A DNA stretch of 64,000 bases, from NCBI GenBank assembly GCA_963763745.1, contig CAVXQJ010000016.1, positions 193,029-257,028 on the forward strand. Direction: 5' to 3'. The DNA comes from an uncultured delta proteobacterium (GTDB lineage Bacteria > Myxococcota_A > Polyangia > Polyangiales > Polyangiaceae). Position numbers and translations under genes: made by a program. Below are positions 21,800-31,338 of the stretch, one piece after another; the stretch's first letter is position 1; each line of letters begins with the position of its first letter. The notes beneath the pieces were generated by a model. The model worked only from the letters and a program-made list of their open reading frames with translations, did not search any database and was not told the DNA's origin.

Positions 21800-22111
21800 T
21801 CACGCGAGCTCGATCACGCCCGTCGCGCCATCCATCGAGACGATCGTCCCGCTCGCCACGTTCGCGAACGACGGACACCCCACGATGCACGGCTTGCCCA
21901 GCGCGCGCGCCGCGACCGCGCCGTCTGCGGTGATCCCGCCGCGCGTGATGATCACGCCGGCCGCCACGCGAATTCCCGGAACGTCATCCGCGTCCATCTC
22001 CGAGCGCGCGAAGATCGCGGGCGTGCCTCGCTCGGCGAACGCGATCGCTTCCGTCGCGGTCGTCGCGAGCGGACCCTTCGCGCGACCCGGGCTCGCGCCC
22101 TGGCCTTTCAC
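21800..22111 (-). CDS. Stand-alone PEP-utilizing-enzyme mobile-domain protein (phospho-His position is Asp)
   Basis: …ERGTPAIFARSEMDADDVPGIRVAAGVIITRGGITADGAVAARALGKPCIVGCPSF… aligns with PpsA/PPDK mobile domains (GGxTSHAAIxARE). GTG start at 22109-22111. Confidence 0.5.
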   Translation of the reverse strand: MKGQGASPGRAKGPLATTATEAIAFAERGTPAIFARSEMDADDVPGIRVAAGVIITRGGITADGAVAARALGKPCIVGCPSFANVASGTIVSMDGATGVIELA

Positions 22112-22112
22112 T

Positions 22113-22532
22113 TCACTTCTCCGCGCCGAAGGAGAGCGGGTAACCGTCGTCCCACTCCGCGCCGTCGACGGTGCTGCGAACGCGAACGCGAAGCGTCGTC
22201 GAGCCCGGCTGCGAGGCGGTGGCTTGCAACGCGATCGATCCGTCCGTGCTGGGAATGGCGACGACGTTGCACACGGCGTCACACGTCGCGGAGAGAAGCG
22301 TGATGGGCGTTTCGGTGGTTGGGTCGCACGTCGATCCGGTCGTCCCGCTGCATTGGTCGGTGCGTTGTTCGAGGCGGCGAACGGTGACGACCGCGGCTTG
22401 ATCGAGCGGCGTCGATGAGCCGAGCGGCGCGCCCTCGAAATAGAGCTGCACGTTGTAGCCGTTCGCTTCGGGCGTTGGTGCCGCTACGCACGCAAGCGCG
22501 AAAACTGCCGTCAAGACTCCAAGAATCCGCAT
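22113..22532 (-). CDS. Lipoprotein, hypothetical
   Basis: MRILGVLTAVFALACVAAPT (lipobox), then a Thr/Ser-rich secreted domain. Confidence 0.6.
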   Translation of the reverse strand: MRILGVLTAVFALACVAAPTPEANGYNVQLYFEGAPLGSSTPLDQAAVVTVRRLEQRTDQCSGTTGSTCDPTTETPITLLSATCDAVCNVVAIPSTDGSIALQATASQPGSTTLRVRVRSTVDGAEWDDGYPLSFGAEK

Positions 22533-22662
22533 TTCGACCACCATGTGAGCAAACGCGGTGCCATGAACAAGCCAATGAAATCATTGGCACAATTAGCAGA
22601 GCATCAACGACGGTTCACGTGCACCAACGGTGAGGTGCACATACTACATCAACTTACATCGA

Positions 22663-24819
22663 TCAAACGAGTTTGCTGAAGTCCGCGATGCGCAGCATGC
22701 ACGACGCGCCGTACGAGAGGAGGCGGAGGCGCTCGGGAGTCTTGTCGTCGTCGGGATCGTTGACGAGCGTCTCGTTGAAGATGCGATCGACTTGCTCGGC
22801 GAGCTCGCCCATCGTGAAGAGGGCCTCGGCTGTCGCGTGCTCGGTCACGAGCGCGCGCGTTTTTTCATCGAGCGCTTCGACGACGTCGACGATCGCGGCG
22901 TCGGTGGGTTTGGCGAACGCCGAGCGCGCGACGAGCTCGGGCTTCGACTCTTTGCTGATGCCCGCGAGGCGCTTGCCCACGGTGCGCGCCTTGTCGAGCC
23001 ATGGAGCTTTTTCGTCGATCAGCTTTTGCAGCGCTCGCGCTTTTTGGAGCGCGAACGCGGAGTGCATCGCCGGAGCGACGCGCTTGCCGTCGATCCACGC
23101 GTAGCCGCCGAGGACCGCGGCGGCGGCGGCGCGGCTCGTGCGCGACTCGATGAGGCCGCGGAGTCGCTCGGTGGCGAACGCTTCGAGCAAGCGCGTCGTC
23201 TCGGCGGCGTCGTGATCGAGCTTCTTTCCGGCGAAGAGACCGTGCGCGAACGTCGTGAGATCGCCGAAGTGAATGCGCGCGTACGCGGGTGACGCTTCTT
23301 CGATGAGCGTGCGCAAGATTCCGATGCACGCGCGGCGGAGCGCGAAGGGATCCGCCGTGCCCGTCGGTTGGAGCGAGGCGGCGAAGCCGCCGGCGAGCGT
23401 GTCGATGCGATCGGCGATGGCGACGACGCGCGCGATGTCGTCGGTCGCGACCGCGCCCTCCGCGCCGATGGGCGCGTAGTGATCGCGAATGGCGTCCGCG
23501 ACGCGCGGGTTCTCGTTCGCGGCGAGCGCGTAGGCGCGGCCCATCGTTCCTTGGAGCTCGGGGAACTCGCCGACCATGAGCGTCACGAGATCGCTCTTGC
23601 AGAGTCGCGCGGCGCGCGCGGCGAGCGCGGTGTCCGCGTCCGAGAGCCCGATGATCTTCGCGATGTGCGCGCTGAGCTTCTCGATGCGCTCCACTTTTTC
23701 GCGGATCGATCCGAGGCGCGTGTGAAACACGATGCCGGCGAGCTTGTCGGTGCGTTCGTCGAGCGATGTCTTCTTGTCCGTGTCGAAGAAGAATCGCCCG
23801 TCGGAGAGGCGCGCGCGCATCACGCCGTCGTTGCCTTTGCGCACGTTCGACGGGTTCTTCGCCGTGTTCACGACGGCGAGGTAGTGCGGCAAGAGCACGC
23901 CCTGCGCGGCGTCGCTCTTCTGCACGACGAAATATTTTTGGTGACCGCGCGCGACGGCGCGAATCACCGCGGGCGGAAGCGAGAGGAACGCAGGATCGAA
24001 CCCGCCCGCGACGACGTGCGGCTCTTCGACGAGCGACGCGTTCTCGCTGACGAGCGCGGGATCCGGATCGGGGACGCCGCCGAGCGCGGATGCCGCATCG
24101 ACGACGAGCTTCATCATCGTGCGCTCGCGCTCTTCGCGATCGACGAGCACGTGTGCGGTGCGAAGCTGCTCGACGTAGCTCGCGGCGCTGCCGATGTCGA
24201 AGAACGCGGGCGAGAGGAAGCGGTGACCGCGCGTGCGACGTCCGCTGCGGACGTGAGCGAACTCGAAGTCGATCACGCGATCGTCCGCGAGCGCGACGAG
24301 CCATTGCACGGGGCGACCGAACGGCGTGTCGTAGTCGGCCCAGCGCATCGACTTGCGAAACGGGATCGAGGCGCAGACGTCGGCGAGCATGGCGCCGATG
24401 AGCTCGACCGATTTGCGGCCTTTCTCTTCGCGTCGTCCGACGACGTAGCGGCCGGGCTTCTTTCCGCTCGAGGCGTCGAGATCTTTAACGACGAGCGCAT
24501 CCAACGAGAGGCCGAGCTTTGCGGCGAACGTCTCGGCGGCTTTGGTGGGCTTGCCGTCTTTGTATGCGGCCGTCTCGGGCGGGCCGATGACCATTTCGTC
24601 GAGATCGCTCTGCACGTCGGCGATGTCGTGGACGATCGTCGTCAGCCGACGCGGCGTGCCGAGCGCGTGGATCTGATCGTGCGTCACGCGCAGCGCGGCG
24701 AGGCGCGTGCGAAACAGATCAGGCAGCGCCGCGAGCGCGCCGTCCACGAACGACGACGGGAGCTCTTCGCAGCCAATTTCGAGCAGGAGGGTGAAGCCCA
24801 CGAGCGTGAGGTCTATCAT
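22663..24819 (-). CDS. glyS: Glycine--tRNA ligase beta subunit
   Basis: MIDLTLVGFTLLLEIGCEELPSSF… plus the C-terminal anticodon-binding region. About 719 aa. No adjacent glyQ. Confidence 0.9.
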   Translation of the reverse strand: MIDLTLVGFTLLLEIGCEELPSSFVDGALAALPDLFRTRLAALRVTHDQIHALGTPRRLTTIVHDIADVQSDLDEMVIGPPETAAYKDGKPTKAAETFAAKLGLSLDALVVKDLDASSGKKPGRYVVGRREEKGRKSVELIGAMLADVCASIPFRKSMRWADYDTPFGRPVQWLVALADDRVIDFEFAHVRSGRRTRGHRFLSPAFFDIGSAASYVEQLRTAHVLVDREERERTMMKLVVDAASALGGVPDPDPALVSENASLVEEPHVVAGGFDPAFLSLPPAVIRAVARGHQKYFVVQKSDAAQGVLLPHYLAVVNTAKNPSNVRKGNDGVMRARLSDGRFFFDTDKKTSLDERTDKLAGIVFHTRLGSIREKVERIEKLSAHIAKIIGLSDADTALAARAARLCKSDLVTLMVGEFPELQGTMGRAYALAANENPRVADAIRDHYAPIGAEGAVATDDIARVVAIADRIDTLAGGFAASLQPTGTADPFALRRACIGILRTLIEEASPAYARIHFGDLTTFAHGLFAGKKLDHDAAETTRLLEAFATERLRGLIESRTSRAAAAAVLGGYAWIDGKRVAPAMHSAFALQKARALQKLIDEKAPWLDKARTVGKRLAGISKESKPELVARSAFAKPTDAAIVDVVEALDEKTRALVTEHATAEALFTMGELAEQVDRIFNETLVNDPDDDKTPERLRLLSYGASCMLRIADFSKLV

Positions 24820-25034
24820 GTCGCCGTGGCGAAGCAGAAGACGTTCCCCGAGAAGTGTCGCTGCGGGTTTCGACTCGAGCATCCGCTCGTCGCGCCGCGC
24901 CTTCATTTTTCGCCGCCCAAGTGGGTGCTGCTTTGTCTCGGCGCGACGCCGTATCCGTCACGCGTCGACTACCACTGCACGCGCTGCAACATCGTCTTGA
25001 AGTCGACGGACGAAAAAAAAGTCCTCGAGACTTT

Positions 25035-25625
25035 CTAAGGACACGACGAGAGGCGATACGACGGGCTGCGGCCGTTCACGCCGGCGACGTTGTCCGTGTA
25101 CGGACTGTCTTCGAGATGAAGCGCTAGCAGGCCGCCGGCGAAATCGAATTCGAGCGGCGCGTCGTTCGCGAGGTTCGTGTTCACGCAATCGTCGAAGCTC
25201 GTGAATCCACCTTGTCCTTGAACGAAGCCGACGGTGCCCGGCGCGGGCGCGATGATTTGGTTTCCAGTCGTCACGACGTAGAGCGTGTCGGGTCCGTTCG
25301 CGTACGCGTTCACGGTCCACGCTTGTCCGGACGAATACTTCATGCAGCCGTCGACGTACGTCACGCGGTAGTGGCCCGGCGGCACCGAGCCCCACGTGAC
25401 GGTGCTGCCGAAGACGTCCTCGACGGCGACGCCGAAGTCGCACGGTGGCGGTGGCACATCGGCGACGTTCACGTCGGTCACGACGTCGCTCGGCGCGTCG
25501 ATCACGCTCGCGTCGCGATGATCGATGCTCGCGTCGACGATGTGCGACGCGTCGACTTCGATGATCCCGCCGAGCTCGGTTCGCGCTCCGCACGCACACA
25601 CGAGGGCGAGCAGTGCGGCGCGCAC
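25035..25625 (-). CDS. Lipoprotein, hypothetical
   Basis: MRAALLALVCACGART (lipobox). Directly downstream of the AAA+/RF-like gene and probably co-transcribed. Confidence 0.65.
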   Translation of the reverse strand: MRAALLALVCACGARTELGGIIEVDASHIVDASIDHRDASVIDAPSDVVTDVNVADVPPPPCDFGVAVEDVFGSTVTWGSVPPGHYRVTYVDGCMKYSSGQAWTVNAYANGPDTLYVVTTGNQIIAPAPGTVGFVQGQGGFTSFDDCVNTNLANDAPLEFDFAGGLLALHLEDSPYTDNVAGVNGRSPSYRLSSCP

Positions 25626-25626
25626 G

Positions 25627-28320
25627 TCAGCTCGCTTCGAGCGCGGCTTCGAGGAACGCGTCGATCTTTCCCGAGAGGACGCGCTTCACGTCGCCATCGG
25701 ACGCGCCCGTGCGGCGATCGCGGACGCCGCGCGAGTGGAGCTGATCGTACGTGCGGATCGGCGGCTCGTCGTCGCGCACGCGCTTCGTCGACATCGGCGC
25801 GCCGGGCGCTTTGACTTCGACGCGCGCGAGCCACGTGTCGCCGCGCTTGTCCTTGCCCTTCGGCGCCGCGATCAACCGGTGCCCGCCTTGTTCGCCTTTC
25901 AAATATCCGTACGCGTATGGGCCCTTCACGGTGATCGTCACGGTCTGCGCGTGCGCGGTCGTCTCGACGTCGTACTTTCGATCCTCGGCCCACGACGCGT
26001 ACATCTGCGCGAGCTCCTTCGCCCATGCGCTCGCGCCCTCTTTGCCGCCGACGGCGCGCACGACGAGCTCGGCGTCGCCGCGATCGGTGTCGTCGAAGTG
26101 GACGATCTCGCGTTCGGCGCGCGTGAGCGCGCGTTCGAGGCGCGCGTAGCGACCGACGAGATCATCGGCGGTGTCGCCGCGGGCGTTGCGCGGATCGACG
26201 AACGCGGCCTCGACGACCTCGCTCAGCAAATCGGTCCGCTGGCGCAAATCTTCGAGGCGCTTGATCTCCACGCTGAGCCGGTGGCGCTTGTACACGTCGC
26301 CGCCCTTGCCGAACGCTTCGTCCCAAAACGCCGGGCTCTTCGTCTTCTCTTCCATCGCCTCGAGCTCGCCGCGCATCGCAGCGACGTCGGCTTTTTCTTC
26401 GAGCTTCTCGATGCGCTCGTAGATGGACTTGAGCTCCGTCTTCACTTGCGCGAGCGACATGCGCACGACCTGTCCTTCGCCGTCGGTCGCGCGCGTGCGG
26501 CGCTCGAGGCTCTGGAGCTTGCGCGAGGTCTCGGTGTCTTCGAAGCTGAGTGACACGCCGTCGCCCTTTCGTGCCACACGGAGGAGCTGGTAGCGCTGCG
26601 CGGACGCGCCGAGCACCGCGCGCGCGAGCGGGAGAACGAGGAGCTCCTCGATCGCGCGCTTCAGCGGGCGCGCGCCGTACTTCGGATCGAAGCCGCGATC
26701 GAGGAGGAGATCGATGACGCCTTCGTCCACTTCGAGGAGGAGATCGCGCTCGAGCAATCCTTCGCGCCGATACACCTTGCCGAGCTCGCGCTGCGCGATC
26801 TTGCGCATGTCGCTCTTCTCGAGCGGCTCGAAGACGAGGATCTTGTCGATGCGGTTGAGAAACTCGGGGCGGTACGCGTGCTCGAGCGTGCGCCGCACGT
26901 CGCGGACGATGTTCGGCGAGCCGCCCTCCGCGCGACCGGAGAAACCAATCGACAATCCGAGCTCGCGCATGTTCGCGCCGACGTTCGACGTGAGGATGAT
27001 GAGCGTGTGGCGGAAGTCGACCGTGTCGCCGAACGCGTCGGTGAGGCGTCCGTCGTCGAAGACTTGGAGCATCAAGTCGGCGAGGTTCGGGTGGCCCTTC
27101 TCGAACTCGTCGAGCAAGACGACCGAGAATGGATTCTTGCGGACGTAGTCGGTGAGGAGCCCTGTCTTGTCCTGCTTCGGATCGCCGATGAGCTTCTCGA
27201 ACGAGTGAAAGTCTTTGTACTCGCTCACGTCGATGCGGAGCATCTTCGACGGGCTGCCGAAGAGAAACTCGGCGGTCGCCTTCGCGAGCTCCGTCTTGCC
27301 GACGCCCGTTGGACCGACGAAGAGCAAAACGCCCGCGGGCCAATCGGGATCGTTGAGGCCGGTCTTGTATAATGCAAGCAAATCGGCGACCGCGGAAACG
27401 GCTTCTTTTTGGCCCAAAACGCGCTCGGCGAGGAACTTGTGCATCTCCTCGTACGACATGCGCACAGTGGCCGAGAGCATGTGCATCGGGAGCGCGGTTT
27501 GTTTCGCGAAGACCTCCTCGACGAACGGCGCGTCGATGCGCGCCTTGTGGCCCGTGTCCGGCGCGCTCGCTTCTTGGACGACGCGCCGGAGGAGCTCGAC
27601 GCCTTTGCCGGGGAAGCTCTGCGTCGGAATGAATTTTTTCGCGAGCGAGAAGACGCGATCGATCGCTTGCTTTTCGAACGCGGGCGAGAGATCCGCCGCG
27701 ACGCGCACGAGCAGCTCGCGCGTCTCTTCTTCGGTGGGCTCGGGCACCGCGATGGCGACGAAATCGCGGACGAGGATCGGGTGCTCGCGCGCGAGCTTGT
27801 CCCAGCGGCCGGGTGTCACCTCGCCGAAGATGACGAGCTTGCCCTGTTCGATGCCGGGCCGCATGAGATCGTACACGCCGCGCGGGTTCGTGCTGTACGA
27901 GCCGGCGTACGGGAGGTTCCACACGTCGGGGATGTAGTGGAGGCGTTTTCGCGACGCGTGCGCGAGCATCGATCGGATGCGGCCTTCTTGTTGTCCCGTG
28001 AAGCGCGTGTCGGCGCAGAGACCGACCGTGGAGATTTCGTAAATCTTCGAGCCCGCGACTTCGGGGACGCGCCCGTCGCGCAGATACGAGAGGAGCTTTT
28101 GAACGACCGCGCTTTTTCCGACGCCGCTCGGGCCGACGAGCACAGCGCTTCGACCGCTCGCGAGCGTGCGCGCGAGCGCGTGCACTTCGGTTTGACGACC
28201 GAAGGTCTTCTCGCCGGTCGCATTGGGATCGGCGGAGAGCTCGCGCCCATCTTGCGCGACGACGTCGAAGTTGGCTTCAGTCACGGGAGAGCGTCGAAAG
28301 ATAGCATTTGCGCCGTGCAC
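25627..28320 (-). CDS. ClpA/ClpC-like double-AAA+ ATPase fused to an RF2-like domain-2/C-terminal module lacking the GGQ domain
   Basis: Walker A motifs GPSGVGKS and GPTGVGKT. D2 has LLDEFEKGH, RPEFLNRIDKILVFEPL and GARPLKRAIEE. An SIGF loop sits at the ClpA IGL position. The C-terminus aligns with the RF2 PCRF region and tail (YAYGYLKGEQGGHRLIAAPKGKDKRGDTW…; IRTYDQLHSRGVRDRRTG…IDAFLEAALEA). GTG start. Confidence 0.85.
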   Translation of the reverse strand: MHGANAIFRRSPVTEANFDVVAQDGRELSADPNATGEKTFGRQTEVHALARTLASGRSAVLVGPSGVGKSAVVQKLLSYLRDGRVPEVAGSKIYEISTVGLCADTRFTGQQEGRIRSMLAHASRKRLHYIPDVWNLPYAGSYSTNPRGVYDLMRPGIEQGKLVIFGEVTPGRWDKLAREHPILVRDFVAIAVPEPTEEETRELLVRVAADLSPAFEKQAIDRVFSLAKKFIPTQSFPGKGVELLRRVVQEASAPDTGHKARIDAPFVEEVFAKQTALPMHMLSATVRMSYEEMHKFLAERVLGQKEAVSAVADLLALYKTGLNDPDWPAGVLLFVGPTGVGKTELAKATAEFLFGSPSKMLRIDVSEYKDFHSFEKLIGDPKQDKTGLLTDYVRKNPFSVVLLDEFEKGHPNLADLMLQVFDDGRLTDAFGDTVDFRHTLIILTSNVGANMRELGLSIGFSGRAEGGSPNIVRDVRRTLEHAYRPEFLNRIDKILVFEPLEKSDMRKIAQRELGKVYRREGLLERDLLLEVDEGVIDLLLDRGFDPKYGARPLKRAIEELLVLPLARAVLGASAQRYQLLRVARKGDGVSLSFEDTETSRKLQSLERRTRATDGEGQVVRMSLAQVKTELKSIYERIEKLEEKADVAAMRGELEAMEEKTKSPAFWDEAFGKGGDVYKRHRLSVEIKRLEDLRQRTDLLSEVVEAAFVDPRNARGDTADDLVGRYARLERALTRAEREIVHFDDTDRGDAELVVRAVGGKEGASAWAKELAQMYASWAEDRKYDVETTAHAQTVTITVKGPYAYGYLKGEQGGHRLIAAPKGKDKRGDTWLARVEVKAPGAPMSTKRVRDDEPPIRTYDQLHSRGVRDRRTGASDGDVKRVLSGKIDAFLEAALEAS

Positions 28321-28382
28321 GACGCGCTGGGCCCAACGCCGGGATCGTCGAAGATCGTGTAGGATCGGCGGAAGGGTGGGCG

Positions 28383-29067
28383 ATGGAACGAGCGTCGACG
28401 TTGATGATGGCCGGGCTCCTCACGACGGCCAGCGGGTGCTCGAAGAGTGGCGAGCCCGGTGATCTTTGTGGCCGACTGGCAAAAGCGGGTGCTGCGACGA
28501 GCTGCAGCACGCCGCCCAATCAAGACAAAAGCCTGCAGTTTGCGACGTTCACCGAGTCGGGCAACACGCATCACAAGGGCGTCATTGTTCGTTATCGCGA
28601 CGAACCAGACTATCGCAAGGCCAAGCAGTTCGAGGACGAGCACAAGGCGGCAGCGGCGCTGATCGAGCGCGTCTACGTCAAAGACGATGCTCACGTGGTC
28701 GTGACACTCGAAGGCAGCGGCGGACAAGATCGCCAAGACGCTCGACATGACGGTGCTCGTCGGTTCCCCAACGACCAACGTCGCACCCGCGGAGCTCGGC
28801 AAGTATCTATTCGCGAGCAAGGGGTGCGCGGTGTGTCACTCGGTTGATGGCACCAAGTCAACCGGACCAACACTCAAGGGCGTATTCGGGAAACCCGTCT
28901 TGCTCGCCTCGGGCGAGAGTGTCGTGGCAGACGAAGCGTACGTTCGCGAGTCGATCCTGCAGCCAAACGCGAAGGTCGTCCTCGGTTTTCCGCCGATACA
29001 GCCCCCATATGAACTTCCGGAAGTCGAGATCGCCGGCCTCGTCGCATACGTCGAGTCACTTCAATGA
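28383..29067 (+). pseudogene. Lipoprotein with a C-terminal class-I cytochrome c domain, apparent frameshift near 28715-28725
   Basis: MERASTLMMAGLLTTASGCS (lipobox) ORF in frame 0. The CAVCH haem-binding ORF (28747..29067) is in frame +1 and has no signal peptide of its own. Confidence 0.55.
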
Positions 29068-29420
29068 TCGGCAGCCGCCGCGAGCGCGTTCAAATCCGCC
29101 ATCGGCACGTCCGAGCCACTCAAGACGCCTTGCGTGCGCGGGCTCGAGCCGAGCGCTTGGAGCATTTGGATTTGCATCTTCTCGGCTTGTTGACTCAGCG
29201 CTGCGCGCCGCTGCTCGTTGATGTCGCGCTCGCCCCCGTCTCGCGCGAGGTTCGCGATGGGCGGATCCGCAACCGATGCGGATGCCACCGGCGTCGCGCT
29301 CACGCTCGCGATCGCGCTGGGCGCTGGCGCGGTCGTCGTTGTCGTTGTCGTCGTCGTCGCATCGTCCTGACGGCGACACCCGAGGAGCACGAGCGCGAAG
29401 AGCCAACGCCGGCATTGCAT
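29061..29420 (-). CDS. Small lipoprotein, hypothetical
   Basis: MQCRRWLFALVLLGCRRQ (lipobox), a poly-Thr linker and a protein-like tail. Confidence 0.45.
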   Translation of the reverse strand: MQCRRWLFALVLLGCRRQDDATTTTTTTTTAPAPSAIASVSATPVASASVADPPIANLARDGGERDINEQRRAALSQQAEKMQIQMLQALGSSPRTQGVLSGSDVPMADLNALAAAADH

Positions 29421-29448
29421 CATGCCCGCGATGTTACGAGACTCTGGC

Positions 29449-29656
29449 GATGAGCAAACAGGTTGCTGTGGTCGTTTGCGTTGGGCTCGGCATCCCGATT
29501 GCGCTCGGTGGTGGAACGACGTTCGCGATCGGCCTCGCCGCGAATTTCGGAGCCATGGTTGCGGTCGGCGCGAGCATCCTCGGCATCGGCGGCTTTCTCA
29601 TCGGAGCTGGCGTTCTCTTGAACGAGCAAGCCAAGGAGCGTTACGCGAGTGACTGA
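29449..29656 (+). CDS. Small hydrophobic membrane protein
   Basis: MSKQVAVVVCVGLGIPIALGGGTTFAIGLAANFGAMVAVGASILGIGGFLIGAGVLL (about 68 aa). Confidence 0.35.
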
Positions 29657-29676
29657 GATGGCGTAGCCTGGGGATC

Positions 29677-30240
29677 GTGTTCATCCCACACGTCGAAGGA
29701 CACAACGCGGCGCGCGAAGCACACGAGTCGCACTCGATGCTGCAGGGCTTCGTCGAGATGGGGCCAATCGAAAAGCTGCAGGTCATCGTGATCTTCGTGG
29801 CGTGCCTCTATCAAATCATCTGGTTCGTGCGGCAGACGAACATGCGCGTGAATGTCGTGGCGTTCTGCGAGCAGATTCGAAAGCTCATCGACGCGGGCAA
29901 TCCCGAGCGCGCGTTGAAATTGTGCGCGGCGGCGCCGCACGCGCCTGTCGCGCTTCTTGCGAAGCTCGGTTTGGAGGCACGCGCGCGCGGAGAGAATGCG
30001 CGCGACGCCATGCGCGCCGCGTACCCACGCTTCCTCAGCGCGAGCCGCGGAGGCTTGCTCATCGCAGTCGTCCTCGGAGCGATCGCGTTCGCCGAGGGCG
30101 TGGTGCTCCTCGCCGAGGAAGGCGTCGCGAACGTCGCGTCGATCCCTCTGCTCTTCGTGGTGCTGTTGGGCGCGCTGAACGCGTCGCGATATGTGGCGTG
30201 GCCACGCGAGCTCACGCTGGTCTGCGACAAGCTCGGCTGA
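29677..30240 (+). CDS. Membrane protein, hypothetical
   Basis: Protein-like 187-aa ORF with 2-3 TM helices. Confidence 0.45.
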   Translation: MFIPHVEGHNAAREAHESHSMLQGFVEMGPIEKLQVIVIFVACLYQIIWFVRQTNMRVNVVAFCEQIRKLIDAGNPERALKLCAAAPHAPVALLAKLGLEARARGENARDAMRAAYPRFLSASRGGLLIAVVLGAIAFAEGVVLLAEEGVANVASIPLLFVVLLGALNASRYVAWPRELTLVCDKLG

Positions 30241-30251
30241 ACGTCATCGAC

Positions 30252-31238
30252 TCAGCGCTTCGCGGCGTGCGCGAGAGCCCGCGCGAGCTCGTGTCGCTTC
30301 GTCGTTCCGAGCTTGCGATGTGCGCGCGCGATGAGGACGCGCACGGTCGTGTCCGATAGCCCGAGCTCGTAGGCGATGTGCTTCGTCGTGTGACCGAGTA
30401 CGACGAAGGAGACGACTTGTCGCTCTCGCGGCGTGAGCGCTTCGGGTCCGTGCCCGCCGGCCTCGTTGCGTTGAGCGACGACGTAGCGTTTTCCGCTGCG
30501 CTCGAAGTGATCGACGAGAGTCCATCGCGCGGAGACGAGGCCGCGCCACATCGCGATGGCCTCGTCGGGCGCGTTGCGTCGCATGCGTCCGCGAGCGCGT
30601 TCAATCGCGCACGTCGCTTCTTTGAGGAGATCGCGCGCGGCGCGCAGTTGCGCTTCTCCGACCGCGTGCTCCACGCGACCGTTCGGCGCGAGGATGGCCT
30701 CGCCGTCCGAAGGAGTGGTTCGAAGTCTTCGACGAAGTCGATATCCGGCGGCGATGTGCGCGGAGACGCGCGAGAGCATCTCCTGGCGATCGCGCGTGAG
30801 TCGCATTTTCGTCGGCGTTGCGACGCCGATGAACGCGCCGATGCCGGCGGGGTCGACTCCGTTGATGCCCAGCATGTCGCGAACGCCGACCGGGTTGAAC
30901 AGCGCGTGGAACGACGTCTGCGCATGGTTGGGCGTCGTGCTCGCCATCGCACACGGAATCACGCGAAACGACGTTTCGACGTACGACGCGTTCACGCCTT
31001 CCTCGATGACTTGCTTGGCGAGCGCCGCGAACCCGCGCGCGCGCTTCGTTTCGACGACGGTGCGTGCGTGCATCGTGTTCGACGCGTCGACTTCGTAGAG
31101 CAATCCGACGGTGCCGACTCCAACACCCACCGCCGACTCAGTCGCGTCTGCGATGCGCTGGATCCAGCTCGCGTCGTTCCCGTCGAAATCGTAAACGCGC
31201 TCGACGACGGAGAGAATGTCCGACTTGCCGCGCCCCAT
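30252..31238 (-). CDS. LuxR-family transcriptional regulator
   Basis: C-terminal HTH (LTPRERQVVSFVVLGHTTKHIAYELGLSDTTVRVLIARAHRKLG). ATG at 31236-31238. Confidence 0.8.
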   Translation of the reverse strand: MGRGKSDILSVVERVYDFDGNDASWIQRIADATESAVGVGVGTVGLLYEVDASNTMHARTVVETKRARGFAALAKQVIEEGVNASYVETSFRVIPCAMASTTPNHAQTSFHALFNPVGVRDMLGINGVDPAGIGAFIGVATPTKMRLTRDRQEMLSRVSAHIAAGYRLRRRLRTTPSDGEAILAPNGRVEHAVGEAQLRAARDLLKEATCAIERARGRMRRNAPDEAIAMWRGLVSARWTLVDHFERSGKRYVVAQRNEAGGHGPEALTPRERQVVSFVVLGHTTKHIAYELGLSDTTVRVLIARAHRKLGTTKRHELARALAHAAKR

Positions 31239-31338
31239 GTCCCATCGTCGCACACGTTCGCGAGGGCGTGCGTTTACATGAACACGCGTAAACGATTTCG
31301 AACGCCCGGCGCACGCGCAGCGCCAGCATGATGCCCGC

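Noticed and set aside
22865-25038. ORFs 22865..24304 (minus, 479 aa) and 23368..25038 (plus, 556 aa)
   Set aside because: Arg-rich alternative frames or antisense of glyS.
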